A stretch of 64,000 nucleotides of DNA, from positions 151,342,001-151,406,000 of the forward strand of contig OX597814.1 in NCBI GenBank assembly GCA_951406725.2, written 5' to 3'. Made by a program: the position numbers and the translations under genes. Below the pieces are notes generated by a model. That model saw only the letters and a list, made by a program, of their open reading frames with translations, did not search any database and was not told the origin of the DNA. Of this stretch, positions 45,100-59,094 are shown piece by piece. Source of the DNA: Octopus vulgaris. Lineage: Eukaryota. Each line of letters starts with the position of its first letter. Position 1 is the first letter of the stretch.

Positions 45100-45358
45100 T
45101 CTATTATTCTTTTATTCTTTTATTTGTTTCAGTCATTTGACTGCGGCCATGCTGGAGCACCGCCTTTAGTCGAGCAAATCGACCCCAAGACTTATTCTTT
45201 GTAAGCCTAGTACTTATTCTATTGGCCACGGGCTTCTTTCAATTTCCGGCTTTGGTCGGCCCGAGGCAATAGTAGAAGACACTTGCCTAAGGTGCCACGC
45301 AGCGGGACTGAACCCGGAACTATGTGGTTGCTAAGCAAGCCACTTACCACACAGCCAC
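45100..45358 (-). mobile_element. SINE family 1, internally deleted
   Basis: Head and tail are present; the central microsatellite region is missing. Confidence 0.85.
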
Positions 45359-45779
45359 ATACACATACACACACACACACATTCCAATGTATATAAGACA
45401 AACCAAGATAGGAATGTTTGTTCATAGATTATTTAATTACGTCATCTTACGCGTACTTCATTGATAAAGGTAAAGAAACAGTTATATAAGGAAAACCTTA
45501 TAAAGAGATTATAAGTTTTCAGAGGTTCCGTAACACTTTTTACTAACATTTGCGTTTTATACATACACAAATACATACATACGTACATACATACATACGT
45601 ACGTACGTACGTGCGTGCATGCGCGTGTGTATACTTGCGAGTATATGCGTTTGTTGAAAGAGAGGTACGTAAATATCATTCGATATATATGTATATATGT
45701 ATGCATATGTGTATATGAGTGCATGTAAATTTCAACTATATATATATGTATATATATATTTCTTACTCACTTTTTTACT

Positions 45780-46047
45780 TCACTATGTCCCTGTCTCTCT
45801 TTTTTTCTCGCCACTCCTTGATTCTTCTGTCTATCTGCTTCTACAACTCTCTCTCGCTCACTCTCTCTCTTCTCCTCCCCCTCCTTAATTCTTTTATTCT
45901 TTTTTTTCTCTCTCTCTTCTTTTCTCAAGTGACCGATAGGCCAGACTGCTAGCACATTGATATTCTTCCCTCTGCCGTAAGGCTTCATTTTCAGACACGG
46001 CAGCTGAATTCAATTCGTCCCCAGTCGAAAGACGCCTGTTGTTGTTA

Positions 46048-46109
<62 letters not shown>

Positions 46110-46115
46110 GTTATT

Positions 46116-46150
<35 letters not shown>

Positions 46151-46458
46151 ATTTTTATATTTATATTCGTGTAACATCGTCTGTTTTTCCGTCTTTGTTT
46201 TCGTATACATTCGATGCTTTTTTTTCCAAAGAATCTAATGCTCTTAGCTTAGTTTTTCCTTGGAACTGGCCAGATTAGAGCAGTCTCGAGATTAATCAGC
46301 TGAAATTGCGAGGATGATCCGGTTCTTGACTGAGGATAAAAGGCTTCGAATGACTCGTCCTTGTTTTGTTTTTTTTTGTATCGTCTATCTGGATGTTTTG
46401 TTGTCCCTTTTTGTATCATCTAGTTGTCCGGATGTTTAGCGTTCTTGTCCCATTTTGT

Positions 46459-46465
<7 letters not shown>
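45780..46465 (+). mobile_element. Penelope-like pseudo-LTR repeat, family X, ending in (TA)n
   Basis: Homologous to 38618-39400, with an internal (TTA)/(TTG) expansion. Confidence 0.55.
46280..46336 (+). ncRNA. Candidate rearranged hammerhead (family X), GUC site at 46285
   Basis: GCAGT-C-TCGAGA ... GAAA-TTGC ... TCTTGA-CTGAGGA. Confidence 0.55.
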
Positions 46466-46495
<30 letters not shown>

Positions 46496-46529
46496 GTGGG
46501 TATGTTGGTGTAATTTAGTCAGTACACTT

Positions 46530-46940
46530 ACTCTTTTTACTCTTTTACTTGTTTCAGTGATTTGACTGCGGCCATGCTGGAGCACCGCCTTTAATCGAGC
46601 AACTCGACCCCGGGACTTATTCTTTTGTAAGCCCAGTACTTATTCTATCGGTCTCTTTTGCCGAACCGCTAAGTAACGGGTACATAAACACACCAGCATC
46701 GGTTGTCAAGCAATGCTAGGGGGGACAAACACAGACACACAAACACATATATACATATATACATATATACATATATACGACGGGCTTCTTTCAGTTTCCG
46801 TCTACCAAATCCACTCACAAGGCTTCGGTCGGCCCGAGGCTATAGTAGAAGACACTTGCCCAAGGTGCCACGCAGTGGGACTGAACCCGAAACCATGTGG
46901 TTGGTAAACAAGCTACTTACCACACAGCCACTCCTGCGCC
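46530..46940 (-). mobile_element. SINE family 1, full length
   Basis: Family 1 sequence. Confidence 0.93.
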
Positions 46941-47338
46941 TTATCGCGCATACGCGAAAAATTATCTTGTGGGTAGAAATGCTAATCAAAAACTAGATGA
47001 TAATTGTTTAAAATTCTGAATGAGATGGGGATGGAGGAATTTCACGATTGAATAAAGATATTTAGAAAAATAAATAAATAAATAAAAGATGATCTGATCC
47101 TTGTTTCAGAGACAAAAAAACAGATATGGAAGTATTTCGGTGTTGGTTTGGTTTCAGTAGCATCGTCTTTCTTCTCTTTTTCTGAACAGACAAATAATTT
47201 AACACGCGCAAAGTTTTAAACAATTTGTTGATCATGGTAATTTGTAAAATTAAAGCGAAAAAGGAGAAAAGAGACAATAAGTTAAATTGGACAATGGCAG
47301 GAATTTGGTAAGAAGTCGACTTCGGGTTTTATAGAATA

Positions 47339-47766
47339 CTAGCTATTTTGATCCGTGCTTCGCTCGGGTTTTGGTGGTGGCGTTGTTTTGTGCAAATCTA
47401 AAAATAGGGCAAAAATATATTCTTTTTAAAAGTTGAAAAAATTTTACCCCCTTTCCAAAATTCCCCAAATTTTTACACCCACAATTAAAGATAACCGCCT
47501 CTAGCCCCTGCAGCAACACGAAAAGCCACCATTATTCAAACAGCGCAACCTGTCTATCCCATAAGATTCAATTTTTCCCATATTCCTCACCATGGCAACC
47601 AAACGGTAGCTCCGAGCGACTTGCAGCCCTCCTCACACCATTGCCCACCCCATTTTACCCCCAGTGTAAATTTTGGCGCCAATCCAACCCCATCTACCGT
47701 TCCCATTCCAAAATGAGACAAATAACCAAGAAATCAAACAACTTTTTCGCATTTCAGCTTTATAGA
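47339..47766 (-). mobile_element. Non-autonomous Helitron
   Basis: Minus strand: A|TCTATAAAG ... hairpin CCGAGCGAAGCACGG ... CTAG|T. Confidence 0.7.
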
Positions 47767-47849
47767 TATTGATTACACACGAAATATTCTTAATTTGTAG
47801 AAATTTCCCCCGCAGAGAGTGAAGGAAAACTGAAATGAGAAGGGTGATA

Positions 47850-48210
47850 ATTTCATCTATCCATTTCCTTCACCCACTCTCCATGGAAGGATCGTGGGAG
47901 TAGAAGGCTCAGGTACCTCCTCCATTGGATCCTTATCAGAAGCAACTGTTATTATACCTTCCGGCTGAATTCCCAAGCACGACCAACTGAGATACTGGAT
48001 ATCATCCATCTTGTTCTTGGTGTACTCCAAGGTTTCCAGTCGGTTGGTTCGGCTTGAAGAATCATTCTTGCAATTCTTCCATGCGACATTGTAATCACAT
48101 GTCCGTAGTACCGGATCTGTGGCTCTCAATGCGGAGATGTATCGGCTCGATCTGGAGAGGCTCTCTGATCTCCGAGCTACGTACCCTGTGGAGTAACGCA
48201 TTTCCACAGA
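47850..48210 (-). mobile_element. RTE-clade LINE 3' end
   Basis: Across frameshifts: RVRSSEIRESLQIEP, QIRYYGHVITMSHGRIARMILQAEPT and PRTRWM. Confidence 0.75.
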
Positions 48211-48257
48211 TCCTCAATTTTAATAAATTAAAAATAATTTCACAATGATGAGTCTTA

Positions 48258-49022
48258 TAATAATGAAATTATTGTATACAGTGCTCAGGTGCACCACAAC
48301 TTGTCAGAAAGTGCATATAAAGTACATGCAGTAATGTAGAAATGTCTGGAAAGTGAACATGCTTGTGTGTGTATGGAGGGAGAAAATCAAGTGTAGTGTT
48401 GGCGAATCTCAGGAAGCATGGAAGTCTTGAAGGATGCAGTGCTCCGACAACTAACAACCGATGCCGGCAGTTTGTTCCACGCTTCAGCAACTCTCAGCGT
48501 GAAAAAATGTTTCCTGAAGTCATGGGAGCTGTGCTGTTTTCTTACTTTGTAAATATGTCCACGGGTGTTAGATGGGTGGAGTTTGAAGAGGTGCTCAGTG
48601 TTATTGTTTGTGCGATGGTTGATAATTTTATGGGTGTCTGCCAGGTCAGCTGCCAGACGTCGGAGTTTCAATGTGTCCATGCCCAGGGAAGTAAGGCGTT
48701 CAGGATATGGCAAATGCCTGATGGAGGGTATTCTTTTGGTTGTACGTCGCTGAACAGTTTCCAGACGATTCATGTCCTGGGCAAGATAGGGGTTCCAGAC
48801 CGGTGATGCAAATTCCAGGTGAGGTCTTACCATAGCTATATAAAGCCGCAGATAGATAGCCGGAGAGCGGCTCACAAAGGATTTGGTGAGTGATGCCAAG
48901 ACACCCTCAGCCTTCTTGACAATTTTGGCGATGTGTTTTGTCCAACGCAAATCACTGTCGACAATAACACCCAGGTCACGTTCACTTGAAGACTTTTTGA
49001 GACTAGTGTTGTGGAGGGAGTT
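48258..49022 (-). mobile_element. 5'-truncated CR1-clade LINE (ORF2 C-terminus plus 3'UTR), frame still open
   Basis: ERDLGVIVD, VRPHLEFASPVWNPY, LETVQRRTTK, LKLRRLAADL, NTRGH and FFTLRVAEAWNKLP. Confidence 0.93.
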
Positions 49023-49210
49023 TACTATGATCAACACACTCAAGACTTGGTCAGAGCCAGGTTAAGCTAGGTGGGGCTTCCGATTTATTCTTTTAATGTT
49101 CGTAAATTAAAACCTAACTACTTTATCGAATTCTAATTTCACTTTTGACCTCAACTGCATATTTGAAAGACGAATGTTTATGTGTGTGCGTCCGTCCACC
49201 CACCGTTCCG

Positions 49211-49321
<111 letters not shown>

Positions 49322-49324
49322 CGA

Positions 49325-52300
49325 CTGATGTAATGTTGCATCGGCTCAGCAGGTAATCGTTTTTTCGACCTTTTATTGCACACATTTTGTTCCAATTTTT
49401 GCACACAATGTGTGTAAAGCACCCAGCTTTCGTTTGAGTGTGTTTTCAAGGGAGGAATTGATCCCTAGGGGCAGTTTCAAACCTATCTACATTTATGTTT
49501 TCTTCGGTTTCCTTGCTATATTTCTAAACAAATATGGCTAAGCAAAATCATGAGGCCGACTTTCCCCCTCTACTAATGCCAGAGGCGAAGGAAACCGAAA
49601 GCAAAGCTGAAAGCAAGGCCTTAGAAGACATGAATGTTTCTGCTACTATAGCCACTACTTCCACTACTGATACCATCACCACCACCACCACAACCAACAC
49701 GAATACCGATAACAATTTTACCGCGGCTTTGAAGCCAAAGAAAAGACTAATGCATTGTTCGAAGGAAGAACTACTTGCCTGCAGAGAAATGGTTACAAAA
49801 AAATTATGTCACCATTCAATTACAGATATCTGAAAACATCACAAAAAATATCTAAAAACAAACAAACAAACAAACAATCATTTACAAAACACTCAACGCA
49901 AAACCTAAAGTACATGAAACAGCCACTCAAGAAATGTGGGAAAATATTCAAGGCCCACATAGGCCTTTAAAGACTACATAACGAGGGGAAACAGGTTTGC
50001 GACGATCGAAGTAAGTTTCGACAGCGAAGAGTGAGCCAAGGACCTCTCCACAAGGTCCTTTCAACATGAAAATCTCCCCATGATCCCTACATACCTTGGT
50101 CGTAGGGTCACAAAAACAAAAATAAAAATGTGCCCCTTGAAATTGAAATAAAATGGCTCGTGTCTGCCATATGCTATGACATCGAGGACGAAATCAACAT
50201 ATTGGAAATCACTATCCTGGACCAGCAAAACTAGATTGGCCAGGGAGTCGAAATACTTGCCCAAATCGATCCAGCGAATTTTGAAAAAATTCCCCACCGA
50301 ATCCAATTGACAGAGGATTCGAGCTTGCATGTAACCGTCGAAGGCAGAAAGCCAAGTTGCTATGCTTGTGGTAGCAAAACACATTTAAAAACTAACTGCC
50401 CACTAGCACAGAAACAACAGTAGCAACAACAACAACCACAAGAAAACCAAAAACCGAACAAAAAACCAGCACTACTACCCGCACCGCCATATGCACAACT
50501 AATGAAGCAGCTCTACAAACAAATGAAGGAACATCAGCAACCAGCAAGCCAGCCAAACCAAACAACACCAGCGCCACCAAGAACAGAACCAACACCATTA
50601 TCGCTACCACCAACAACAACTCATCAGGAAGAAGAGGAAATCAAAAAGACTTATACCCCACTCCCGAAAACCTAAACATTATATCCCAACTGTCACCAAA
50701 CAGCACCAACACCACCAACATCAAAATCAAAACACTCAGAAATAGACCCCAATACCCTTCCCCTTACACCCTCTGATTCCTCTGACATGTCGTCAGAAGA
50801 AAACGACACAAAGGATTGGCAAGTGGCCACCGTGGGAAGGAGAAAAAGGGGAAAAAGAATAGAGAATCAGACAAACAAAGCGGGGAGGTGTACCACTCCC
50901 GCAACCAAAATACTTGCAGAAAACAAACATACCTGCATCAACACAAACACACTACTCCACCCCACAAAACAATGTTGACAGCTATAAACACCAACAATCC
51001 AGACCTAATGGAATACATTAGGTCAAACATCAACATAACAGAAAATAATACCAAAACAAAGAATCACTTACGCACAATACCACCACACCCCATTAAAATC
51101 ATACACATAACACAGAACATACGCAGCACACTGAAATCTCTCTAACCGGATGCAGTAGGGAGATTCCAAAAATACCTCTCTAAAATACTATACAAAAACC
51201 TTCTGGAAGAAGACTGCGGACAAACAACTTTCGGACAGTAAGTAACTCTCTCTCTTTCTCTCTCGTCTCCCTTTCGTGTGTAAAACACAACCTTCGATAG
51301 GAACATGCTCAAAATAGGGGGTATAGATGTATGTGGCTTGGGGTCGCCTTAGAAACAAGGCTACTTGTTAAACGACATCAAGTCACAAACTCTGCATATC
51401 ATAGCCATCAGCGAGACCAGACTACACAGCCCGCGAGCCCCCCAGCACATGTTCGGCGGACATTTCGACATTTATTTTTCTCCGTGACTGCCGAAAATGG
51501 GCGGAGGAGGTACCGCGGTGCTTCTTTGGAAGAGTCTGAACCTCAAAGTAAGAGCAATTTTCCTAGACCTGGAGGGTAGGCTGGTCGTCTTGGATGTCGA
51601 TGGCAGCAATGGGTGTGCTTTTCGACTGATAACAGTTTATGCACCGTCCTGAACAGGCCGGCCATATTTCTTTCGACGTTCAGAGGTTTTCCTGGGAACG
51701 TCTTGACTTTTACTTTTAGTGGGGGATTAGAACGCTACCCTGGAGGCGCATCTAGACTACGTGGGAAGAGATAGTAATAGGAGGGGATGCAAATGCTTCA
51801 AAGACCTGCTCAGACGTTTCCAACTGTCTCACAGGTACCGACTGGACCACCCGAATATGCCAATGTGGACATGGAGCAACCGCATCGGGTCGTCCAGATC
51901 GTATTTAGATAGAGTATTCTGTAAGACAATGGATAAGGATAGTGTAGGTTGTCCACAATTCCGCATAGTCAGCTACACTGACCACAAATTTGTGACTTGT
52001 ACACTTGATTTACATGAGACACAGGCAGGGTCCCAGTTACTGGAAGCTGAACGCGTCGTTCACGACACGCCAGGCTTACAGGGACCGGATCAGCACATTA
52101 GTTAAGAGAGCATTGACGGGTGCCATCATCAACAGCTGGTGGTATGCCCTAAAGAAAGCAATTAAAGCAGAATCGGTTAGGTACAGTAAGGCTCTAGCAA
52201 TAGACCGAAATAGAATAGAGGGATACCTAGTTAAGAAATTAGAAGAGGCACTTAGAACTGGCATCGCGTCCAACGTACTGGCGGTGAGGTTGGCCCTCGA

Positions 52301-52402
52301 CCAACACCTCAACGCCATATACGAAGGATGCGTTGTCAGAGCTAGGATGCATGCTCTGAGGAACGAAGGAGTTGGAGCCGCTCTATGTGGCCAATAAAAA
52401 AA
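49325..52402 (+). mobile_element. Tx1/L1-clade LINE: ORF1 remnant plus APE endonuclease, RT absent
   Basis: CCHC knuckle CYACGSKTHLKTNC (~50358-50398). ORF2 from 51305: AISET, GGTAVLL, GRLVVLDV, VYAP, GD*N, YLDRVF, TDHK and YWKLNAS. (TCTA)n-type repeats on both sides. Confidence 0.88.
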
Positions 52403-52513
52403 CATATCTATCTATTCGTCCGTCCGTCCCTCTCTACCTCCGTCCCTCCGTCTTTCCATCCATCCATCCATCCGTCCGTCCGTCCATCCATCCGTCCGTC
52501 CGTTCGTCCGTCC

Positions 52514-52586
<73 letters not shown>

Positions 52587-53039
52587 GCTCATTTTATTTC
52601 AGACAAATGTCGGGCACAATACTGAGATGGATTTTCCAAATTGTCATCCTTTAAGTAGCCAATACATTTGCTGCTACTTAACTTCTGTCGAGTGGCACCA
52701 GCGTGTTTAACTATAATTTGACTACAATAACATGAAATCCGTTTATACTTACACTTAGGAGAACATATACAATTTAAATAGATGTTGATAATGCAATCGC
52801 ACGCGTGTAGCTGTCGTCACCGAGAGCTTTCACTGTAATAAATGTTTGTGCTGTACTGTCTAAAAATGAGATAATGTAGCCATATGTACATCACTGATGT
52901 GGATAAAAAATATGAAAGAGATTGTCACAAATTCAAAGTCCTTGATCATAGTTTTACGTGATCAGGTCTAGCATAGAGCCAAACAACAGTGACAACTCGA
53001 ATATTTGTTTTTACTCTAGATTGTACTTATACGTGTTCA

Positions 53040-55230
53040 TAAAATATTTTCTGCTTCTCCACATATTTCCATTGTTTTTAATTATCCGGGAGTGTGGTAT
53101 TATATCGTATGCTTTACGATAGTCAACCCATTCTATTCTCAAGTTTGCGTGTCTTTTGCAGTTCTAGTCAATTTGATTATCAATTAAGAGCTGATCCTTC
53201 GTTCCCCGGCTCCTCTTTCGGCACCCTTTCTGTTCAATATGTAGCAGCCCACTGTTTTCCAGGTATCTATACAGTTCACGGGCCAATGCACCTGACATCA
53301 GTTTCCACATTAGTGAAATGTGCGTTATTGGTCTAAAGTTGGATGCAACATTTCCCTTTTCAGGATCCTTGGCACACAACAATGTCTTTCCCTTTGTCAT
53401 CCAGCTGAATACTGCGCCTTTCTGCAAGCACTCATCTATCAGTTCCGCTATCCTTTCATGGATCCCTCTCAGCTTCTTCATCCAATAACCTTGGACCCCA
53501 TTCGGTCCTGGGCTTTTCCAATTTAGGAATTTTTTAGCTTCTTTTTTTTTTTATATCATTTCTGCAGTTATTTTTATACCTTCTTGGCCTTCTATATTTC
53601 TTAACCTATCTTGGATTTACGCACACACTCCGCTTTACCATTATGCTCTACAGGTTGATACCAGATCCCTTTCCACAATGCCCTGCTTTCCTCTGAATCT
53701 GGTATCATTGTTACGTGTATTTGCCCATCTAGTTCCTGAAACTGTTTCTTCTGATTTGCTTCAATCTGTTTCGCCTCGAGCTGTTTTTTCTATTGTCATA
53801 TCTTTCCAGTTTTACTTTGATTGTTATTACTCTTTGTTTCAATTCTTCAAATATCACATCATAACATTTATCTCTTATTCTAAACTTGTCCTAAATGTCT
53901 TTTTAACTTTTTTTTCTCACAAATCCTTCTCCGCCAGAATGTTTCTTTACGTTCTGTTTGTTTAGTTTCAGATATATTTCTCGTCTGGAATAGCCCAAGA
54001 AACGAATCTATCTTTTTGGTTTCAACTTGAGTATGCGTCGATCAGTGCACCTCAGGTTGTAGGGGTGCTTGATTCTGGTCCTCTCTAATATATTCGCACA
54101 GCGTTCTCACTATGCCTTGTTGGTCATCATCGTATTCTTGTAATATAGTTCTTCCTATTACTTCTGCTTCATTTGCTGAGAATGCATTTACATTTACGCT
54201 TTGCTCTACGTCTTCACTACTGCCTTTCATTTTTCTTTTCTCACTGGGTATGTTATCTGCTGGTGAAGTATCTCTATCTTCTACTTTCCTTTTTATCTCT
54301 TCTATATCTATATCTATAAGCCACTCTTTTTCTCTTACTGCTCTTGGCTGGTTGGCTAGCTGTTGCTCACTTGTTTCAAAGAGTCCTATTTCATTCCATT
54401 TTGGTTTCATTCATTGTCGGAATCTCCTTCTGCTGGATTCACTCCTGATCCAGCATTCAATTACCGTTCAGTTTGCCTTCTTATCCTACCTTCTTCTCTG
54501 CCTCAGGCTTTGTGCACAAGCAGTCTCTGGATGATAACCGGGCTTGCGCTACTCAACCACAGGGCACTTGCCGGGCGAAAGGCTTTCACCTGTAGTTCCA
54601 GCCTCATTAACACTATTGTTTGATACATTTGTGTTAGATATTTTCACTCATATTGAGATATGTGTTTTAAGGTTAGCCACCAACTGGTATTTTCATCGAG
54701 ACACCATCTCTAGTAAGATTGATAACCAAGACTGAAGAGCTCTGAGTACCCATAAGTTAGGCCTGTTCCCTTCGCATTTCTGTGTGTTGGGGACCATGAT
54801 CGTGATACCCACTATGAGACAGGTGAGCGTCAGTTGGTCCCGCATCGTCATCCAAATATTAATCCGGAGTTAAGTCCCGACTCGCAGTTCATTCGTCTTC
54901 ATCCTAGGCATGGAGCCGTTGGACACTGACAGGTTGTTACTGCTGTGACTGAGGAGTCCTATCTACCTCAATTTTAAATCAGAGTGTTGCTTCTCCTGGA
55001 CAGACTTTCAACCAAGGCTCACGAGTTCTTTCTACCTGTTTTCGGATGCGCATTGACTCTACTGAGTTCCTCTGCTCTTTGCCGGGTTTTATTTTCAATT
55101 CTGCAGGGTGTCGAAAATTCACCCTCCTCACCAAGCAAGCTTAGTGGGGTTGCCGGTTTAATCGCCGACGACTCGACGGTTTCACAACGCCACTTGTTAA
55201 TTAATCTGGGTAATAATCAATCTGAGTAAT
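53040..55230 (-). mobile_element. R4/Dong-like LINE, 5' half (5'UTR, N-terminus, RT start)
   Basis: EQQLANQPRAVREKEWL, GPNGVQGYWMKK, NFRPIT and EQKGCRKRSRGTKDQLLID. Confidence 0.85.
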
Positions 55231-55321
55231 TATTTACTTGTTCACTATTATAATTTTACTATTACTACTATAATCTCTATAATAATCTCTATTGTTCACT
55301 ACTGTAGTTTCACAATTATTG

Positions 55322-55371
<50 letters not shown>

Positions 55372-56549
55372 GAGTGAGAGAGCAGCGCATGCCATCAAAG
55401 TGACACTGGGGTAAAATATACGAAACCCAGTATACTCATCATGACTACTCGTCTGGTAAGGGTACACCAGGCACATGTATCACAACCGTATGTGCGCGAT
55501 GTGGTGAGCTTATATCAAAATAAATAGCGCATTACTTTGCAGGTGGGGCTCATAATTTTCTCCAGGTCGAGTAGCAAAAGGTCCCTGATTAAGTGTTGCT
55601 CAAGGATGCTGCTTATTTTACAACCTCAAAAAGAATTAAATGCGAAGTCGATCTCGGTTGCATTTAAACTGAGAACATAAAATTGAAAGAAATACCGCAA
55701 AGCATTTTGTCCTGCGCGGTAAATATTCTGCCAGATCACCGCCTTATCTGCACAGAAATATTGGTTTTAAAGTTTGGCACTGGATCAGTAATTTCAGAGA
55801 AGGGGGCAAGTCGATTACAACGACCCAAGTGTTTGACTTGTACTTACTTTATCGACCTCAAAAGGATGAAAGGCAAAGTCAATGTCGACGGAATTTGAAC
55901 TCAGAATGTAAAATATCTGCTCAGAAATATTAAAGACAAATCTTATCTCGGCGAGATTTGAACTTAGAACATACTTAACTGAGTACTAGAAAGTATTTTC
56001 TTCGACGTTCTTCCAATTCTTTTTTTATATTATACGCTAATATAAATATTTTCCCATATGTTTTCTTTTGATCTGGTAAACAGTCACACATCTCAGCTAA
56101 TAAAAGTATTGATTTTATGTTGAGTCATATCTCTCACCCGGCATGTGATTAACAAGTTCGCTTCCACGTGCTTCTAGGCTCTCAGAGAATTGCACGTGAA
56201 GCAAGTATTTTGTTTGAGGTTGATCAATATTTCTGAGTGAAATTTAGTAGGGAAAAAATGACTATGAAAAGTCTGGAGTATGTATGTATGTATGTATGTA
56301 TGTATGTATGTATGTATGTATGTATGTATGTATGTATGTATGTATGTATGTATGTATGTGTGTGTGTGTGTGTATGTATGCATGCATGCATGCATGCATG
56401 TATGTATGTATGTATGTATGTATGTATGTATGTATGTATGTGTGTGTGTGTGTGCATGCATGCATGTATGTATGTATGTATGTATGTATGTATGTATGTA
56501 TACACACACATACATAAGCATTTACACACATACACACACACATGCGCAT

Positions 56550-57000
56550 GCACCAATGGAGTCTGTTGAGCAAAATCTTACCCAAAAGAGCGAGCTTCCT
56601 CTGGTTTGTCTCTTTTCTTGAAGACGGTTATGATGGTTGCCTCTCAAAGACTAACAGTTACCTCTTCTCTAACCCAGTTTTATGGAAACAGGACACAAAA
56701 CTTTGTTGCGTGAAATTTTTCATTTAGAATTCCAACGCATCTGGGTGTCTTGTTCTTTAAGAAATGAATAGGTTTTTAGTTTCTGCTTTGCTAGATAATG
56801 CAGTTAAGCTGTTGATCGTTGGGCTTCGTGTGGTGTTATCTAAAGAATTTCATTAACTGAGCATTCACGAAAATGTTCTTTCTATCTGGTGTTGACAGCT
56901 ACTTGTTCTTATAAATTATACCGTTGTTAAGCTTGAGGTGGGTTGGGCCTTCTACAGGCATTTTAAATACGCTTTATTGTCACCAGTGTGAAAGCGTTTT
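56550..57000 (-). mobile_element. Old RTE/BovB-like LINE fragment (pre-RT to RT start)
   Basis: KNKTP, ATIITVFKK and LLGKILLNRL; highly degenerate. Confidence 0.55.
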
Positions 57001-57309
57001 GGGCATTCGGCTCACGATTGTAAGATCTTCAGTTTGATTCCCGATGGTGCCTTGTGTCCTGGGGCAAAATACTTTGTTTCACGTTGCTTCAGTCCACTCA
57101 GCTGGCAAATATGAGTAATAGGCATAGGAGTGGCTGTGTGGTAAGTAGCTTGCTTACGAACCACATGGTTCCGAGTTCAGTCCCACCGCGTGGCACCTTG
57201 GGCAAGTGTCTTCTACTATAGCCTCGGGCCGACCAAAGCCTTGTGAGTGGATTTGGTAGACGGAAACTGAAAGAAGCCCGTCGTATATATTTATATGTAT
57301 ATATATATA

Positions 57310-57363
<54 letters not shown>

Positions 57364-57762
57364 TGTGTCTGTGTTTGTCCCCCCAACATCACTTAACAAC
57401 CGATGCTGGTGTGTCTACCTCCCCGTAACTTAGCGGTTCGGCAAAAGAGACTGATAGAATAAGTACTAGGCTTACAAAGAATAAGTCCTGGAGTCGATTT
57501 GCTCGACTAAAGACGGTGCTCCAGCATGGCCACAGTCACACGACTGAAACAAGTGAAAGAGTAAAAGAGAGAGTAAAGAGTACCTATATTTCAGTGTGCC
57601 AGCCTTGTCACATTCTGTGTCACGCTGAATCTCCCTGAGAATTACGTTTAGGGTATGCGTGTCTGCAGAGTACTCAGCCCCTTGCACGTTGGCTTCACGA
57701 GCAGGCTGTTCCGTTGACCGGATCAACTGGAACACTCGTCGTCGTAATCGAAGGAGTGTCAG
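57001..57762 (+). mobile_element. SINE family 3 with a family 1 copy (57121-57580, +) nested inside
   Basis: Family 3 head and CORE-like block to 57117; the family 3 tail resumes at ~57580. Confidence 0.8.
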
Positions 57763-57769
57763 TGCCACG

Positions 57770-58092
57770 GTCACCAGCAAGAACGAAAGGCCGTGAGGAA
57801 CACAAACTCTGCATGGCTTTCTTTGATCTCTTCACAGTGTTTGATTTCTAAGTCATGAAGTTTTGTAGAAGTGTTCGCGAAACTTGGATACTCTTTTACT
57901 TGTTTCAGTCATTTGATTGCGGTCATGCTGGAGCACCGCCTTTAATCGAGCAACTCGACCCCGGGACTTATTCTTTTGTAAGCCAAGTGTTTATTCTATC
58001 GGTCTCTTTTGCCGAACCGCTAAGTAACGGGGACATAAACACACCAGCATCGGTTGTCAAGCAATGCTTGTGGGACAAACACAGACACACAA

Positions 58093-58162
<70 letters not shown>

Positions 58163-59030
58163 GATGGGCTTCTTTCAGTTTCCGTCTACCAAATCCACTC
58201 ACAAGGCTATAGTAGAAGACACTTGCCCAAGGTGCCACGCAGTGGGACTGAACCCGGAACCATGTGGTTGGTAAGCAAGCTACTTACCACACAGCCGCTA
58301 CTGCGCCTATAAAATGTTCATAAAAATTCTTTACAATAACAAGGATTCTGCACGGCAAAATGAAAGCCGAAGTGCTGTGTCAGTCCTACCCAACAGATTC
58401 AGTTTGAAATGAAAACTAGAGTTAGATAGGCGTGTGTAATTTACCCTCTGCCCTTTCTAATCTTTTCTGCGATGCTCGAGTTCACTGTGAGATATGGATA
58501 CCTGTCTGGTGTTCATATCTCATATCGCACAGATGGCAAGCTATTTAGTTCTTGCAGACCCTGTGCCAGATCAAAGACCACGGCTACATGAGTAACTGAA
58601 CTTCAGTAAACATATGAAGTCATAGTTATGCGATTTTAACTGAAGAACTACAGACAATTTTAGACATTGCTTCTTGCGCATATAAAAGTATGGACCTAAC
58701 TCACAACATAAATAATATAATTTTATTTGCCATAAAGGCAGTATATAGATTAGCTGCGGGCTGGACGATACTAACCCGGCTGAAACTGCTCTCTTGTAAA
58801 AATGTCTTGTTTTCAAATATAATGGACTTGCATCAATAAGCAGCAACTAGATGCAGTCATTCGGATAGATGGCCAAAACGTCAGGTACTTCCAATATCTA
58901 GATAGTTCCTTGTTAAAGAATGCAGAAGTTGATGAGGAGATCCAACACCAGACAAAGTGAATCAAGCATCTTGTTGATAAACAAAATAGTAGAAAGTGGC
59001 GCGAAGCAATTAACGTATTGTTTCTTTGCC
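57770..59030 (+). mobile_element. Old RTE/BovB-like RT fragment, split by SINE family 1 (57890-58307, -)
   Basis: KLCMAFFDL, ILHGKMKA, GVHISYRTDGKLF and YFQYLDSSLLKNAEVDEEI. Confidence 0.7.
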
Positions 59031-59094
59031 GGTGAGAGAAGAAATACATTTTATTTGCCATAAAGGCAGTATACAGAGTAGCTGCGGGCTGGAC

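Noticed and set aside
55000-55230. Possible HDV-like ribozyme at the LINE 5' end
   Set aside because: Plausible for some LINE clades, but I could not draw the nested double pseudoknot by eye; it needs a descriptor search.
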